This document shows, piece after piece, positions 14,101 to 26,624 of a stretch of 64,000 nucleotides of DNA. Below the pieces are notes generated by a model. It did not search any database. It worked only from the letters and a program-made list of their open reading frames with translations, and had not been told where the DNA came from. How positions within the stretch are numbered: position 1 is the stretch's first letter; the number at the start of each line of letters is the position of its first letter. The stretch spans positions 12,152,001 to 12,216,000 of the forward strand of contig JBHGNT010000012.1 in NCBI GenBank assembly GCA_043228905.1, written 5' to 3'. The position numbers were made by a program, and so were the translations under genes. The DNA comes from Azolla caroliniana (taxonomy: Eukaryota; Plantae; Polypodiophyta).

Positions 14101-15515
14101 CAACTCGGATATTGATGGACAGGAGGAAACAATCGAGAGGGATTGTTTTTTTACACATTGAATAAAATGCGTACAATCGTTCAGTACAAAAGAAATGGAA
14201 TGACGAACCCAATCAATAAATAAAGAAGAGTTTTTATTATAAAACCAGGGATAATCCAGTATTACATCGGTGGTACAAAGATTCATTACATGGAAGTCTA
14301 CTTCCTCTATATAAGTATCAATAGAAATTCCTAATGAATGAATTGCCCCGTTGATGTATTGTACTCTTCCATCAGCCAAGTACACCGTGTAGGTGTGATC
14401 ACTTACGGTGGGTTGGATTCCCCATATCTGAACCAAACGATCATTCACAAAATTGTGTGAGCTTCCCGAATTAAATAAAAATTGTACGGGAGATCCATTG
14501 ATATACCCGTTTGCACGTAGTAAATCATTGGGACCCAATACATAGTGAGGGAAAGAACATTGACAATTACTTAAATGATGTGTATAGACCTGAAGGACAT
14601 TAGGAATCTGACCTTTATGGTCTGCAGCTTTAGCTTTGTTGTCGTGCTCTTTCCGTTGGAGCTTTCGACATTGATCTTTTGTATGACCCTTCTTTTTGCA
14701 AAATACGCAAAAAGGATGTTGTCGCTTACAATCGCGATCCAGGAATTTGTTGGGTGTCTTGCATTTCCCAACGAATTGCGACTGCTTAGTCCCGGGCGCT
14801 TCGTTGGGTTTGTTATGGTCCTTCTTCGAAGTGCGTTGATAGCGAAGAACTATTTCAACGGCCTCTTCGAAGGATTTTGGATACTTATCGTGCACTATCC
14901 AGTGATAGTCCGAATTGGGGATGCATTGACAAAACAAGCTATCAACCAATTGTCCCCTTCTAGACCCGATTTTTGGATTTGGGTTCTAGCATGGTGAACA
15001 TAGTCTTCTAGCGAGGAAAATTTCTTGCTAGAGAGGTTCATTAAAGCTTGTGCTGCCTCGGTTCGAGAGGGAGATTGCAAAAAATGGCCCTTAAAAACCG
15101 TGACAAAATTTGTCCAGGTATCGGGCAATTTCCCCATAGTACGGAGGCCACGCCACCAGGCGGCGGCCTTACCCCCGAGTTCTCGGCCGACATATGCAAT
15201 CTTCGTACTATCTGGCGTGGGATAGAGCTCAAAATGAGACTCCCATCGTCCCAGCCATGTGCAGATTGCTTCTTCGGTTCTTTCCTTTTTGTCTCCCGTA
15301 AATGGCTTAACGACAAATGATGGTTCACCTTGTCGCTCATCAGGTCTATTAGTCTCATGTTGTAGACTAATGACACGTGCCTCAAGAGCACTTTGAGATT
15401 GCTGAAGGTATTGGGTTATTTGTGCCAAATACATCTCAGTGGACATTTGTCCAAGAGGATTCCCTTGAGTTACTTCCGCTTGAGCGGATGACATCGGGTC
15501 GTTAATTTGAGCCAT
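11118..15515 (-). pseudogene. gag-pol: Family E gag-pol (Gag, Zn knuckle, PR, RT FLDD, RNase H, integrase, chromodomain), disrupted
   Basis: ORF fragments with [38 protein letters not shown]...HPVFHVS and ERILD...KW...DATWE motifs. Confidence 0.93.
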
Positions 15516-16644
15516 TAAAGATTATTTCTGGAAAAGAAATAGAGATATAGTCATAACATCATGTCGTGATGTAAACATATCATGGGCGAGCATTAATCGA
15601 TATCATTATCTCACGTCAATACCCCTCTAGACGTATGAGATGAGGTTCAAGATTAGGTTACTATGGTAACACAAAGGTGTTTTAAAAACCATGGGGGTGA
15701 CAAATAAATGTCTTTCCCTGATCTCTATATCGATTTTTTCATGGTGCCTCCCCGAGGCTCAAGCATGTATGTTCGCGTCATGAATTGTTTATACACGAAA
15801 AAAATGTTAACAATAAACTATGTTTCGGTGCCCACATATGTGGTTTCGGCTCTTTACGTCCTATTACGAGGACCCCGAGGTGCACTTAGACCTTAAGTCT
15901 AAACATGTGTTATAGTCATATGTATCAAGGATGTTGTATGGTCTTGGTCATATTTGAACTCGAGACCTCGAGAACAAATACATTAAACACTTGAGCCAAC
16001 CAAGTAAGTTACTCTTCTCGAATGCTTAATATTTGATGCGTATAAGAGATATGCGAGGCAATTGATCATATATGTTTTTTTTTAAAAGAACATATATTTC
16101 AAGGGTCCTTATTTCGCCCTCATTTACCAAAACTATGTTGGTACGTTACCTAACCTCAAGTCTCGTAATTACAATGGCATACGCCAAATGGCAACCTAAT
16201 GGTCAAGCCAAATGAGCCTTCGTTTCGTAGTAGGCCCACATGGCCCATCACATGGTCAAGTCATTACGAATGCCTCTCGTAAGAACGAGCTCATGGTGGC
16301 ATTGTATCCATGTAACGAGGGAGGGATGTTGGATACGTGCGTCATTGGAGCGACCTCACTTGAAGTGGGTCAAGCCCTATGTACTCAACATCATTATGGC
16401 TATTGGCGTTTCTTTACGTAACGAAATCGGGATGGTGACAACGCCATTCTCACAAAAATGTGAGGACGGCCACCAACATCCTTTTCCTGACAAGGACAAC
16501 TTTCGATATAATCACGTAATAACGAATATACACATATGTTTACTTATCACATATATACGATCAAATACGTATATATGTGACCACATATGCCTATATTAAA
16601 CATATTGTTATATTAAATAGCCACAAATGATGTGATCGAGATAC

Positions 16645-16910
16645 GTAATCGAGGTATATACCTCTACGCACACGAAACATCCTCAAATAAGAGATCATAG
16701 TAATACGCAATTGAGGTATTGACCTCTTACGCATACGAAACCAACCGCATATCGTTTACAAAAAATCAAGGTATTAAACTCATACGCAAACGTAACATAT
16801 GTTTGTGAACGTAATAGGTAATTGAGGTATTAACCTCGTACGCATACGACACTCATCACATATTATTAATATGTCAAACGAGGTATTGACCTCGTGCACA
16901 TATGTAAACG
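16645..16910. repeat. Five tandem about 56-bp units, each with a GAGGT-N4-ACCTC hairpin, in the family E 5' UTR
   Basis: Units at 16651, 16713, 16768, 16824 and 16880. Homologous array at about 43775-44045. Confidence 0.8.
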
Positions 16911-18843
16911 TTTTAGATTAATCAATTAAAGACCACTACAACATCATTGACTTAATGAAAAAAATTGACATATAAACTAAACACATGATTAGATGGGAGA
17001 AGAGAGAATAGAAAAAAAAATTATGGAAAGAGTTACCGAAGTTCTTTGTTGATCGTTGTTTGGATCAAGGCCGACCGCACAACGATCGATTAGCATCAAT
17101 CAAAAGACAAATGAAAAACAAAGAAACATTAGTACATAAATCTGATACCAAATATTAGAGATCTAACTACTAAAGTAAGCTTAAGATAAGGATAAACAAA
17201 TGATAGATAGAAAGGAGAAAGAGAAAGAAGGGTGCCGATCCACCCGACCACCCCCGAGCGAAGGGATCGAGACGGACTCGAGCCTCGATCGGCATCCCAT
17301 ACCACCGTCGTGGCGTCAAGTCGTACCTGGTGTTGGCGCGCTCACTACAAGAGTTGACCCACCACAAGAGCAGAGTCTCGATGTAGTCAAAAAGATCCTC
17401 AAATGAGGGTAGCTAGGCCTCTTATTTATAGCGATACCCAAGGCCCCCAAGCAAGTTCACACTTGACCTAATGGGTTGTCTCAATCCCGAGGATTAAAAG
17501 TAATCCTCCCGTTCTTTACACTCTCGTTTAACCCTCACACTTATCCACGTGTATAGAATACTACGGTAAATTCTCACCTCGAGATATTAAATGGTCATGC
17601 CCGTAACACCCCGTATGCGACAATTTGTCGAAGATTTTGTTCGGACTTGTGATACATGCTGCAGAGCGAAAATGTCAAGGCATCATCCATATGGTTTATT
17701 AGAACCATTACCAATTCAAAGCAAGTCGTGACAATCCATTGCTCTAGACTTCATCGCAGATCTTCCAGTCTGTAAGGGGTTCAATGCTATTCTAACAATC
17801 ATAGATCGATATACCAAGATGGCTCATTTCTTGCCATGTACTAAGGAAATATCCAGTGAAGAAACTGCTGAAATTGTCATACGTGAAGTATGTCGACATC
17901 ATGGCCTTCCCGATAGTATCATCAGCGATCGTGGACCCCAGTTCGTATCGAAATTATGGAAGCACCTTTTTAAAATGCTCAAGGTCAATTGTAACCTCTC
18001 CTCCGGCTACCACCCACAAACCGATGGCCAAGCAGAACAAACAAATCAAACGCTAGAGCAGTATCTTCCGTGCTTTCTAAGTTATCATCAGGATGATTGG
18101 GTAAATATTCTCCACTTCGCCGAATTTGCCTACAATAACTCTGTCCACGCATCGACTAAAGTTACGCCATTTTATGTTTATACAGGTTCTCACCCCCGGT
18201 GGTGTGTATTTGAAACCCTAGAGGTGTCCACAAATCCTTGCGCAGAGGATCGTTTAGAGCGGTTATGCAAGATACAAGCGGATTTATCTACTCATCTCCA
18301 ACAAGCTCAACAAACACACAAGGTTTACGCGGATCGTCGTCAACTTCCATGCAGTTTTAACATTGGAGATCGGGTATGGCTACTACGACGACACAACAAG
18401 ACTACTCGCCCATGTGAGAAGTTGGATTATCGGCGATTAGTTCCTTTCCGTATTATAGGAAAATTTAATGATGTCGCTTTTCGTTTCGATCTACCTCCAC
18501 AACTTCGGATACATCCGGTGTTTCATAGTTCTCTCCTCGAACCCTATCAAGAGAGCACCATCCCAAGACATATTACACAGCCTCCACCCACGATCGAGCT
18601 TGAATATGGACCTAAGTACAAGGTTGCCGCCATCCTTCATTCCAAGATTGTTCGCAACAAGCTCTACTATCTAGTCGATTGGCTAGGATATAGTCCCAAC
18701 AAGCAGCAAGCGTACTTGGGAACCGATAGAGAATGTGACCAATGCTCATGCTCTTCTTGAAGACTTCCATCGTCAATATCTAGACAAACCGGGTCCTCAA
18801 TCCAAAACGACTTGTGACACTCGTAGTTTTAAAGGGGGGATAG

Positions 18844-19273
18844 TTTCATGATATGGCAAGACTCGAACCCATGACCTTATGCTACATGGGTTGAGCTCTT
18901 GACCATTAGACCATACATTGTAATACATAGAATATTATTTTCATTTATGTTTTATTATAGAAAATTGATGTATATTCCAAATTTCTCTGGAACATTCTAG
19001 AAACTTCAGGAGTACTCCTGAGAACACTATAAAAGGAGGCACAAGGCATTATTTCGAACCAAATCGGTTCAACACCAATCTTAAGCCTCCGAGCTACTAT
19101 TGTATACTCTCTTCACATAATATATATCTTTTATCATCATTCTGTCGCCCTTTCTCTCTCTCTATCTCTCTCTCGCTCACTCTTTCCTTCTCTCAAGAGT
19201 TCTACACCTCTCTTAGTACTAATCCTCATCGTTTAGTACTAATTCCTTCTCTGTCTTAGTACTGATCCTGATA
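18844..19273 (+). repeat. Family B 3' LTR (degenerate termini) with antisense tRNA-like module at 18853-18915
   Basis: Follows PPT AAAGGGGGGATAG. Homologous to 42533-42982. Confidence 0.92.
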
Positions 19274-19393
19274 GCATATAGTCCGGGACAGGACTAAAAA
19301 CATGTTATGGTTTTCACAAGAGAAATATGTGACAAAAGTTTTGCAAAGGTTTAACATGCACAATGCAAAATCCGTTGGATCTCCATTGCCAGT

Positions 19394-22300
19394 TGTAAAG
19401 AATCAAGAGATTGATTCTTGTGAAGCGGAAGTGATATGAGTTATGTGTGTGTATATGAGAGAGAGTGTGTGTGTGTGAGAGAGACAAGGAATACGCAAGG
19501 TAAAGGTATATTGACAAAGGAGAAAGACTCAACATTATACAAGGTGGGAGGAGGGTGCTTTATGTAGTCACCCTCTCTCTTCATTAACTACAAGGCTCAT
19601 GGAGCATGGGGAATGTGAAAGCTCATAAGTTATGTGTCATAGAATATGATTCTATGACTCATACTAAATCCTAGAATACAAAGTGGTGACATAATGGTGA
19701 CTCTTGACCGTTGAGGTGTCTCTTCACTCTCATGGTGAGTTCACACACTAGACCAAGTTGAGCTTGATTCTCAACACGCCCCCTCAAGCTCAAGTCGGGT
19801 CGGTTTCAGATGGTATCCGAAATCCGCTTCAATTCACGTTTGGGAGTCCGCGTCGACTCGCTTTCTGCGGAGTTGCGGAATCCGTGCTCCAACTTGCGTT
19901 GTGCGTAGTTACGAAGTCTGTGCTTCGGCTTGCGTCTTTCTTCGCGGCTTTGTGCGGTAGATTGGCTCTTTGCTGCTACGGTGTGTGGTTGCAGAATCTA
20001 CGCGTTATTGCGTAGTGTCTTCAGTACTCCCCCTCAAGCTTGGCAGATCAGGGATCGTCAATCCGAGATCGGTCATGAATTGCCATAGCTTGTCGGCTCC
20101 TAAGGCTTTAGTGAAGATGTCGGCCGTTTGAAGATTGGTGCTTATGTGTTGTAGGTCGACATCGCCAGCCAGAACGCGCTCTCGAATGAAGTGATAGTGC
20201 ACTTCGATGTGCTTTGTCCTCGCGTGGAACACCGGGTTCTGAGCCAAATAGATACTGCTCATGTTGTCGCAGTAAAGGGAAGTCGGATCCTTGATGGGTA
20301 CGCCCAGATCCTTCAAAATCCTCTTGAGCCATACAGCTTCACACGCAGCTACGGCTGCGCCCCTGTATTCCGCCTCCGTACTCGAAAGAGCGACGGTGGG
20401 CTGCTTCTTGCTACTCCAGGATATTGCTCCGTTGCCAAGGGAGAAAACAAATCCGGAGGTTGATCTTCTATCGGCTTTGTAGCCGGCCCAATCGACGTCT
20501 GTGTACCCCTCGAGTCATATTGGCATCGCGGTCTTGTAGAGGATGCCGCAATCCATTATGCCGCTCACGTACCGTAGAACTCGCTTAGCGCAATCCAAGT
20601 GAGTATCACGCGGTGTTTGCATGAATTGGCTAAGGAGACCGACCGGATAACTAAGATCGAGTCGAGTAATCGTGAGGTAGATGAGACTCCCGATGAGTTG
20701 CCGATACTGAGTCGGCTCACACGCTTTGGTGCCGGAGTTCGCATCCAGTTTGAGATTACGATCGAGCGGGGTTGCCACGGATTTGCACTCAGCCATCCCG
20801 AACTTGTATAACAAGTTGAGGATGTAGTGCCGTTGAGAGATCATGATTCTGGCTGGAGTCCGAATTACCTCGATGTCGAGGAAGTAGTGGAGCTCCTTCA
20901 TGTCCGTCATATCGAACTTGTCGGAAAGGAGGGATTTGACCTTATTGATTTCGACGAGATGCTCACCTCCAATGACTAGGTCATCCACATATAAAATGAT
21001 GACGATCGGACTTGCGGAATTGCTTCGTATGTAGAGGGAGTAACTTGTCCGATTTTGACATAGGGATGCCGATTTGATGAAGATATTGCGTTATCTTCGA
21101 ATGCCAAGCACGCAGTGCTTGCTTGAGGCCGTAGAGTGGCTTCTTGAGTCAGCATACAGCTTTCGGATGGGTGCTCGAGTTGAAGCCGGGTGGTTGTATC
21201 ATGTACACCTCCTCTTCTAATTCACCTTGTAGAAAGGCGTTCTTGATGTCCATTTGATGGAGGTGCCACCCTTTCGCCGTGGCAAGCGCAATTACAGTCC
21301 ACACCGTTGTCATCTTTGCCACCGGGGCAAAGGTCTCTTCGTAGTCGACGCCATGCGTCTGAGCGTATCCTTTCGCTACGAGTCGAGCTTTGTAGCGGTT
21401 TACGGAGCCATCAACGTTATACTTCACCTTGTAGATCCATCTGCATCCGATCGCCTTTTTGTGTGGTGAGGTGGGAACGAGATCCCACGTCTCGTTCTTC
21501 CGTAGTGCCTGCATCACCTCGTTCATTGCTTCGATCCATCGCGGGTCCTTTGCGGCTTCCGAAAAGGTTTCCAGCTCCCGTACTGTCGCTACCTTCATCA
21601 TAAAGGCGTAATGGTACGCCATATAATCGTTGTAGCCGAATCGGCTTACGGGGTTCTTTTCACGGGTGGATCGGTGGAGTTTTTCATCTGCAGAGACGAG
21701 GGCTTTCTTAGCTCCGATTGGTACCTCGAAACCGCCGAACTCACTGTCGAGTGAGTGAGTCGATTCATCGTCATCGAAGCGATCGTCTTCATATTCCGCC
21801 ATTTTCGCCTTGCCTTTGTCCATCTTCGGGCTAGGCCGTGATGTGCTTTGATCGCTCAAAGGCTCTTGTGCTCCGCTCAGTCGGGTCGTGATCGGACTTT
21901 CTTCGAACATGCGTGTAAGGTGATCTTCATCCTCTACCTCTTGTTCGGTGGATTCCCGGTCGAGCAGGGTCGGAGTCGAAGTTGTCTTTGGTGCGTACCA
22001 GGATGCGGACTCGTCAAAGACGACGTCTCGACTTACCCAAGATTTTCGAGTTGAGGGGTTGTAGCACTTGTACCCCTTTTGCTCCAGTGAGTATCCTACG
22101 AGGATACATTTCTCCGACTTCGGGTCGAGCTTTTGACGCTTCTCGTCGGGGATGTGCACATACGCAATGGAGCCGAATATCCGAACATGTGATAGGTTCG
22201 GCTTCTTTCCGAAGAATCTTTCGTGCAGAGTGACCTCGTGCACACCAGATGTTGTGCACCGGTTCATTAGGTAGACGGCCGTATTTGCCGCTTCGGCCCA

Positions 22301-24869
22301 ATATGACTTGGGCATATGCTTCTCGTTCATCATGGCCCGTGCTACTTTGAGGATGTGCCGATTTTTGCGCTTGGCTACTCCATTTTGTTGCGGAGTGTGT
22401 CGGCAGTGAATTCTCGCCGAATTCCTTCCTTTCGGAGATACGCCGTGAAATCGCCCGAGAAGTACTCCTTGCCGCCATCCGATCGAAGGCATCGTAGATG
22501 TCGGCCCGTGGCTTTCTCGACTTCATTCTTGAAATTTTGGAAGTGTCCGAACACTTCGCTCTTTTGCCGCATCGGGTAGATCCAAGTGTGCCTAGAAAAG
22601 TCGTCGATGAAGAGCACGTAATAGCGGCATCCGCCGAATGTCGCCGTTTGAGCCGGACCCCATACATCGGAATGAATTACGTCGAGTACACCTTTGCTCA
22701 CATTCCGCTCCTTCGGAAATGGGTGTCAGTGTTGCTTGCCGAATTGGCACGCTGCGCATACACCGTCAATGTCCTTCTCTTTGAATGTCGGGAGTCCGAT
22801 GACGACTCCTTTCGATTTCATTGCTTTGAGTTTGTTGAGATTGATGTGGCCGATTCACTTATGCCATAGCTCTATGTCGGAGTCGGCTTTTGTGCTTTTC
22901 GCAAACATGGCGGATTTCATCTCGTGCGAATCGAGAATGAACATCCGGCCCTCTCTTCTTCCACGTGCAATGATTCGGCCTTCTTTTTCGATGAAGCACC
23001 CTTCTTGGTCGAATCGAACTTGCATCCCTTGCTCAACCATTTGGCTGACCAAGACCAAATTCTCTGTGATGGTGGGTACATGCAAGACATTTTTAATGTA
23101 TGTTTGCTTACCTCTTTCACTGAACGGAACGTTGCCGATGTGCCGAATCGGGTGCGTAGTGTCATCTCCAGTTTCGACATAACCGGGTCGCTCCGGCTCT
23201 CGAAGTTCGAGAAACCATTCTTTGTGGGATGTCATATGGTTTGAGGCTCCGGAGTCAACAAACCATACGTCCTCCGAATTGAGTGCACTAGTTGAGGTAG
23301 AGGCCGACATAGACTTTGCTCTATGTTTCATCATGAACATTCTGCCATGGTCGGAGTTGTATGTGTACATTCCGCCACGATCCTCGTAGTCGGAGTTGTG
23401 CCCGTACATTCCGCTATACTCTTCGTAGTCGGAATTGTGCGCGTAATTCATGAGTTGTCGGCTTGTGGAAGCTGATTCACGCATTTTCTTTCGGCACTCT
23501 TCTTCGTGATGGCCGAGCTTTCCGGAATATCCGCATTCGGTTGTGTTTTGACGGCTCGTGCCGGAGTGGAAGCTCCCCCTTCTTGCGAAGGTTCCTCGTT
23601 GGCCTCCATTTTGCGACCGAAATTGGGAGTTGTTGTCATAGGTCGGACCTCGTCCACCTTGTCCTCGGCCGAATCGGCCTCTCGCTCGTCCGCGTCCTCT
23701 TCCTCCATTAGAGTGTGTGTAGAGCATGTGGCCTTCCGCCTCATTGCTCCTTGTACGCACGTGGTTTTCTTCAACCAATAGCATTGATTGGAGCTCGAAG
23801 AAGGAGGGAGATTTCTCCCGTGCTAGAACGGCGGTTCGCATCGCGCCGAACTGTGGTGCGAGGCCGCCGAGGCATATTTGCATCATCTCATCATCATCTA
23901 TACTTACGCTTCTTGAGCCGAGCGAGTCGCAAAGCTCCTTGATCTTCAAGGTGTATGTCGTGATGGACATGTCCCTTTGTTGATTGTTTTTCAACTCTTG
24001 ACGGAGTTGAAGCTTCCTCGCGGTCGTGTTGGTGACGAAAATCTTTCGTAGATTTTCCCACGCTTCCTTCGGCGTCTTGGCTTCTCGAATGTAACTGAGC
24101 ATGTGGTCGTGAACACATGCCGCCAAAAAATACATCACGCGGCTTGCGGCTTGCTCCCATGTCGCATATCTGGGAGCCGCTTCGGCGGGTCGGTCCTCAT
24201 GCACTCCTTTGATGTAGCTCCAATAGCCTTGTCCGACAAGGTATTGGTGCATCTTGTACTCCCAACATGCGAAGTTGTTTCGATCCAACTTCTCGGTAGG
24301 GAGAGCGCTCCCCATTTGAGTATTCATTATGTCGATTCTTCTTCTTCTTCTTCTCTCTTCGAATGCGAGCTATGTAGCGAAGCTACGATAGCGATGAGCC
24401 GGTTCTTGGTCATCGGCGTAGAGCACAACACACGATCACGATGAGGCGAATGGGCTAGATCGAGCTACCAAATCGCTCTGATACCATGTAAAGAATCAAG
24501 AGATTGATTCTTGTGAAGCGGAAGTGATATGAGTTATGTGTGTGTATATGAGAGAGAGTGTGTGTGTGTGTGAGAGACAAGGAATACGCAAGGTAAAGGT
24601 ATATTGACAAAGGAGAAAGACTCAACATTATACAAGGTGGGAGGAGGGTGCTTTATGTAGTCACCCTCTCTCTTCATTAACTACAAGGCTCATGGAGCAT
24701 GGGGAATGTGAAAACTCATAAGTTATGTGTCATAGAATATGATTCTATGACTCATTCTAAATGCTAGAATACAAAGTGGTGACATAATGGTGACTCTTGA
24801 CCGCTGAGGTGTCTCTTCACTCTCAAGGTGAGTTCACACACTAGACCAAGTTGAGCTTGATTCTCAACA
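19394..24869 (-). mobile_element. Full-length Ty1/Copia family G
   Basis: 383-bp LTRs 19394-19776 and 24487-24869 (about 6 differences). TSD CCAGT at 19389-19393 and 24870-24874. iMet PBS about 24475-24486. PPT 19777-19790. Confidence 0.97.
20005..24327 (-). pseudogene. gag-pol: Copia G gag-pol (Gag, PR WFVDSGAS, INT, RT, RH) with stops and frameshifts
   Basis: HSDVWGP, FIDDFSR, RSDGGKEY, KARLVAKG, QMDIKNAFL and [11 protein letters not shown] motifs across the ORF fragments. Confidence 0.95.
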
Positions 24870-26458
24870 CCAGTGAATTGTAAGTTAAATTCAGGACAAT
24901 GTCCGAAAACTGAGAAAGATAAGGCAGAGATGAGGCGGGTGTCGTATGCCTCTGTTTTTGGGAGCTTAATGTATGTTATGGTCTGCACGAGGCCTGGCAT
25001 TGCATTTGATGTTGGGACAGTTAGTCGCTACATGAGTAATCCTGGAAAGGAACATTGGGCAACAGGAAAATGGATACTCAAATACCTTAGAGGTACTTCG
25101 AGTGTATGCCTTAGATATGGCTCTAGGAAACCTATGCTTGAAGGTTTCACAGATTCTGATATGTCGGGTGATGTTGATTCCAACTGATCCACATAAGGGT
25201 ATGTGATGACTTATTCAAGGGGAGTTGTGTCATGGCAATCAAGGTTGCAAAGGTCGTGGCGTTGTCGATTACAGAGGCTGAGTATATGGCTACAGTGGAA
25301 GTCGGAAAAGAATTGATTTGGATGAGAGATTTCCTAAGTGAACTAGGAATGAAACAAGAAACATTCCTACTTCATTCTGATAATCAGAGTACTATTCATC
25401 TCACTAAGAATGTTGCCTATCACTCTTGTAGAAAGCACATTCAAAGAAGGTATCATTGGTTGCGAGAGAGAGTGGAAGAAAATGAGTTTATCTTAGCGAA
25501 GATCCATACTGACGAAAATGGATCAGGCATGCTTACTAAAGTCTTGTCTATGGAAAAACTTGTTGTGTGCCAGCAAAAGACTGGTTTGGTTTACTCTCCC
25601 CTACAGGATTGAAGGGGGAGTTTGTTATGTAAGGTTGTCCCTCCTTGTGGGGGGAGTCGGCTGGTCGAAATGAGTCGACTGACCAAAATCGACCGAAAAG
25701 CCGAAACGAGTGTCGGCTGGCTGAAATCAGTCGAAAAGCCAAAACAAGAGTTTGCTGGCAGAATTCGGTAAGAAAGCTGAAATGGGATTCGGTCGAATAG
25801 AAGTTCAAATGAACATACACATATATATATGTATGCATATAACATGAGATAAGTTAGTGTATGTAGTGAGAGTCAAACTAGTTGCGTTTGTATGTGGGAT
25901 AACTCACTAAGAGTAAAAACAATGAGTAAAAGTGTGAAAGTGAACTTAAGTGAGTAAGTGAGCGCATGAGGGTGTAGTGAGAACGTGTTGCAAGAGAAGA
26001 GCGACACAGAGAACGACAGAGAGCTAACACAATAGGGGTTGTGCTAGTGCCATAGCTCAGAAGATGAGCATGAGAGGAAACAAAGGAAGAAGAGTGTAAC
26101 AAAAAGAAAAGAAAAGAGAATAGGGGTTGTGCTAGTGCCATAGCTCAGAAGATGAGCATGAGAGGAAACAAAGGAAGAAGAGTGTAACAAAAAGAAAAGA
26201 AAAGACAAATCATGAAGTTGTGAAGGCTTCGAAAGAGATAGATACCTACGAGTTAGGGTTTGGTGCACTCGGCTGAAATTGTGGTTTCAGAGTACAACCA
26301 TACCAAATCAGGTTCCATTATTCTATGATTGTATTTCTTCTTATCTCATAGTGGAAATTTCTGTTCCCATGGTTTTTCCCTGAAATCAAGGTTTTCCACA
26401 TAAATCGTGTCCTACTTGTTTTATTTTTGTAACTTCCGTCTGAGTGGAAATCATAACA

Positions 26459-26624
26459 TATTTCTAGATTGTGATGTTGTGGTGAATAGGCTCTTGTGAG
26501 TCATGACAAGCTTGCCAGTACCAGGTACCACTTGATGCCATGGTGGTGGTATGAACACCATTCAAGGCTTGGGTTTGTCTCGATCCCTTCGAGTGGGGGT
26601 GGTCAGGTTGTGAGAAATCTAACA
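26459..26624 (+). repeat. R-U5 remnant of an LTR distantly related to family E (target of the Copia F insertion)
   Basis: 26477-26607 aligns with the E LTR core (GCCAG.ACCAGGTAC...GTCTCGATCCCTTCG...GGGGGTGGTC). Ends TCTAACA. Confidence 0.7.

Larger units (their letters stand above)
10676..17608 (-). mobile_element. Full-length degenerate Ty3/Gypsy chromovirus family E
   Basis: 456-bp LTRs 10676-11131 and 17153-17608 (about 18 mismatches by eye). TSD CCCCG at 10671-10675 and 17609-17613. iMet PBS TGGTATCAGA 17141-17150. PPT about 11132-11145. Confidence 0.96.
3729..19273 (+). mobile_element. Degenerate family B chromovirus (gag C-term, PR, RT, RH, INT, chromodomain, 3' LTR) interrupted by a TIR element and a family E element
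   Basis: Segments 3729-5578, 9516-10675 and 17609-19273 are colinear with the intact copy at 38365-42982. Many stops and frameshifts. Confidence 0.93.
19274..26458 (+). mobile_element. Ty1/Copia family F 3' part (RT C-term, RNase H, PPT, 3' LTR 25623-26458), interrupted by Copia G
   Basis: SQEKYVTKVLQRFNM, YASVFGSLMYVMVCTRP, EGFTDSD, KHIQRRYHWLRE motifs (Tnt1/Tork-like). PPT GAAGGGGGAG 25611-25620. LTR TGTTATG...CATAACA contains an 88-bp tandem duplication (26031-26205). Confidence 0.9.
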
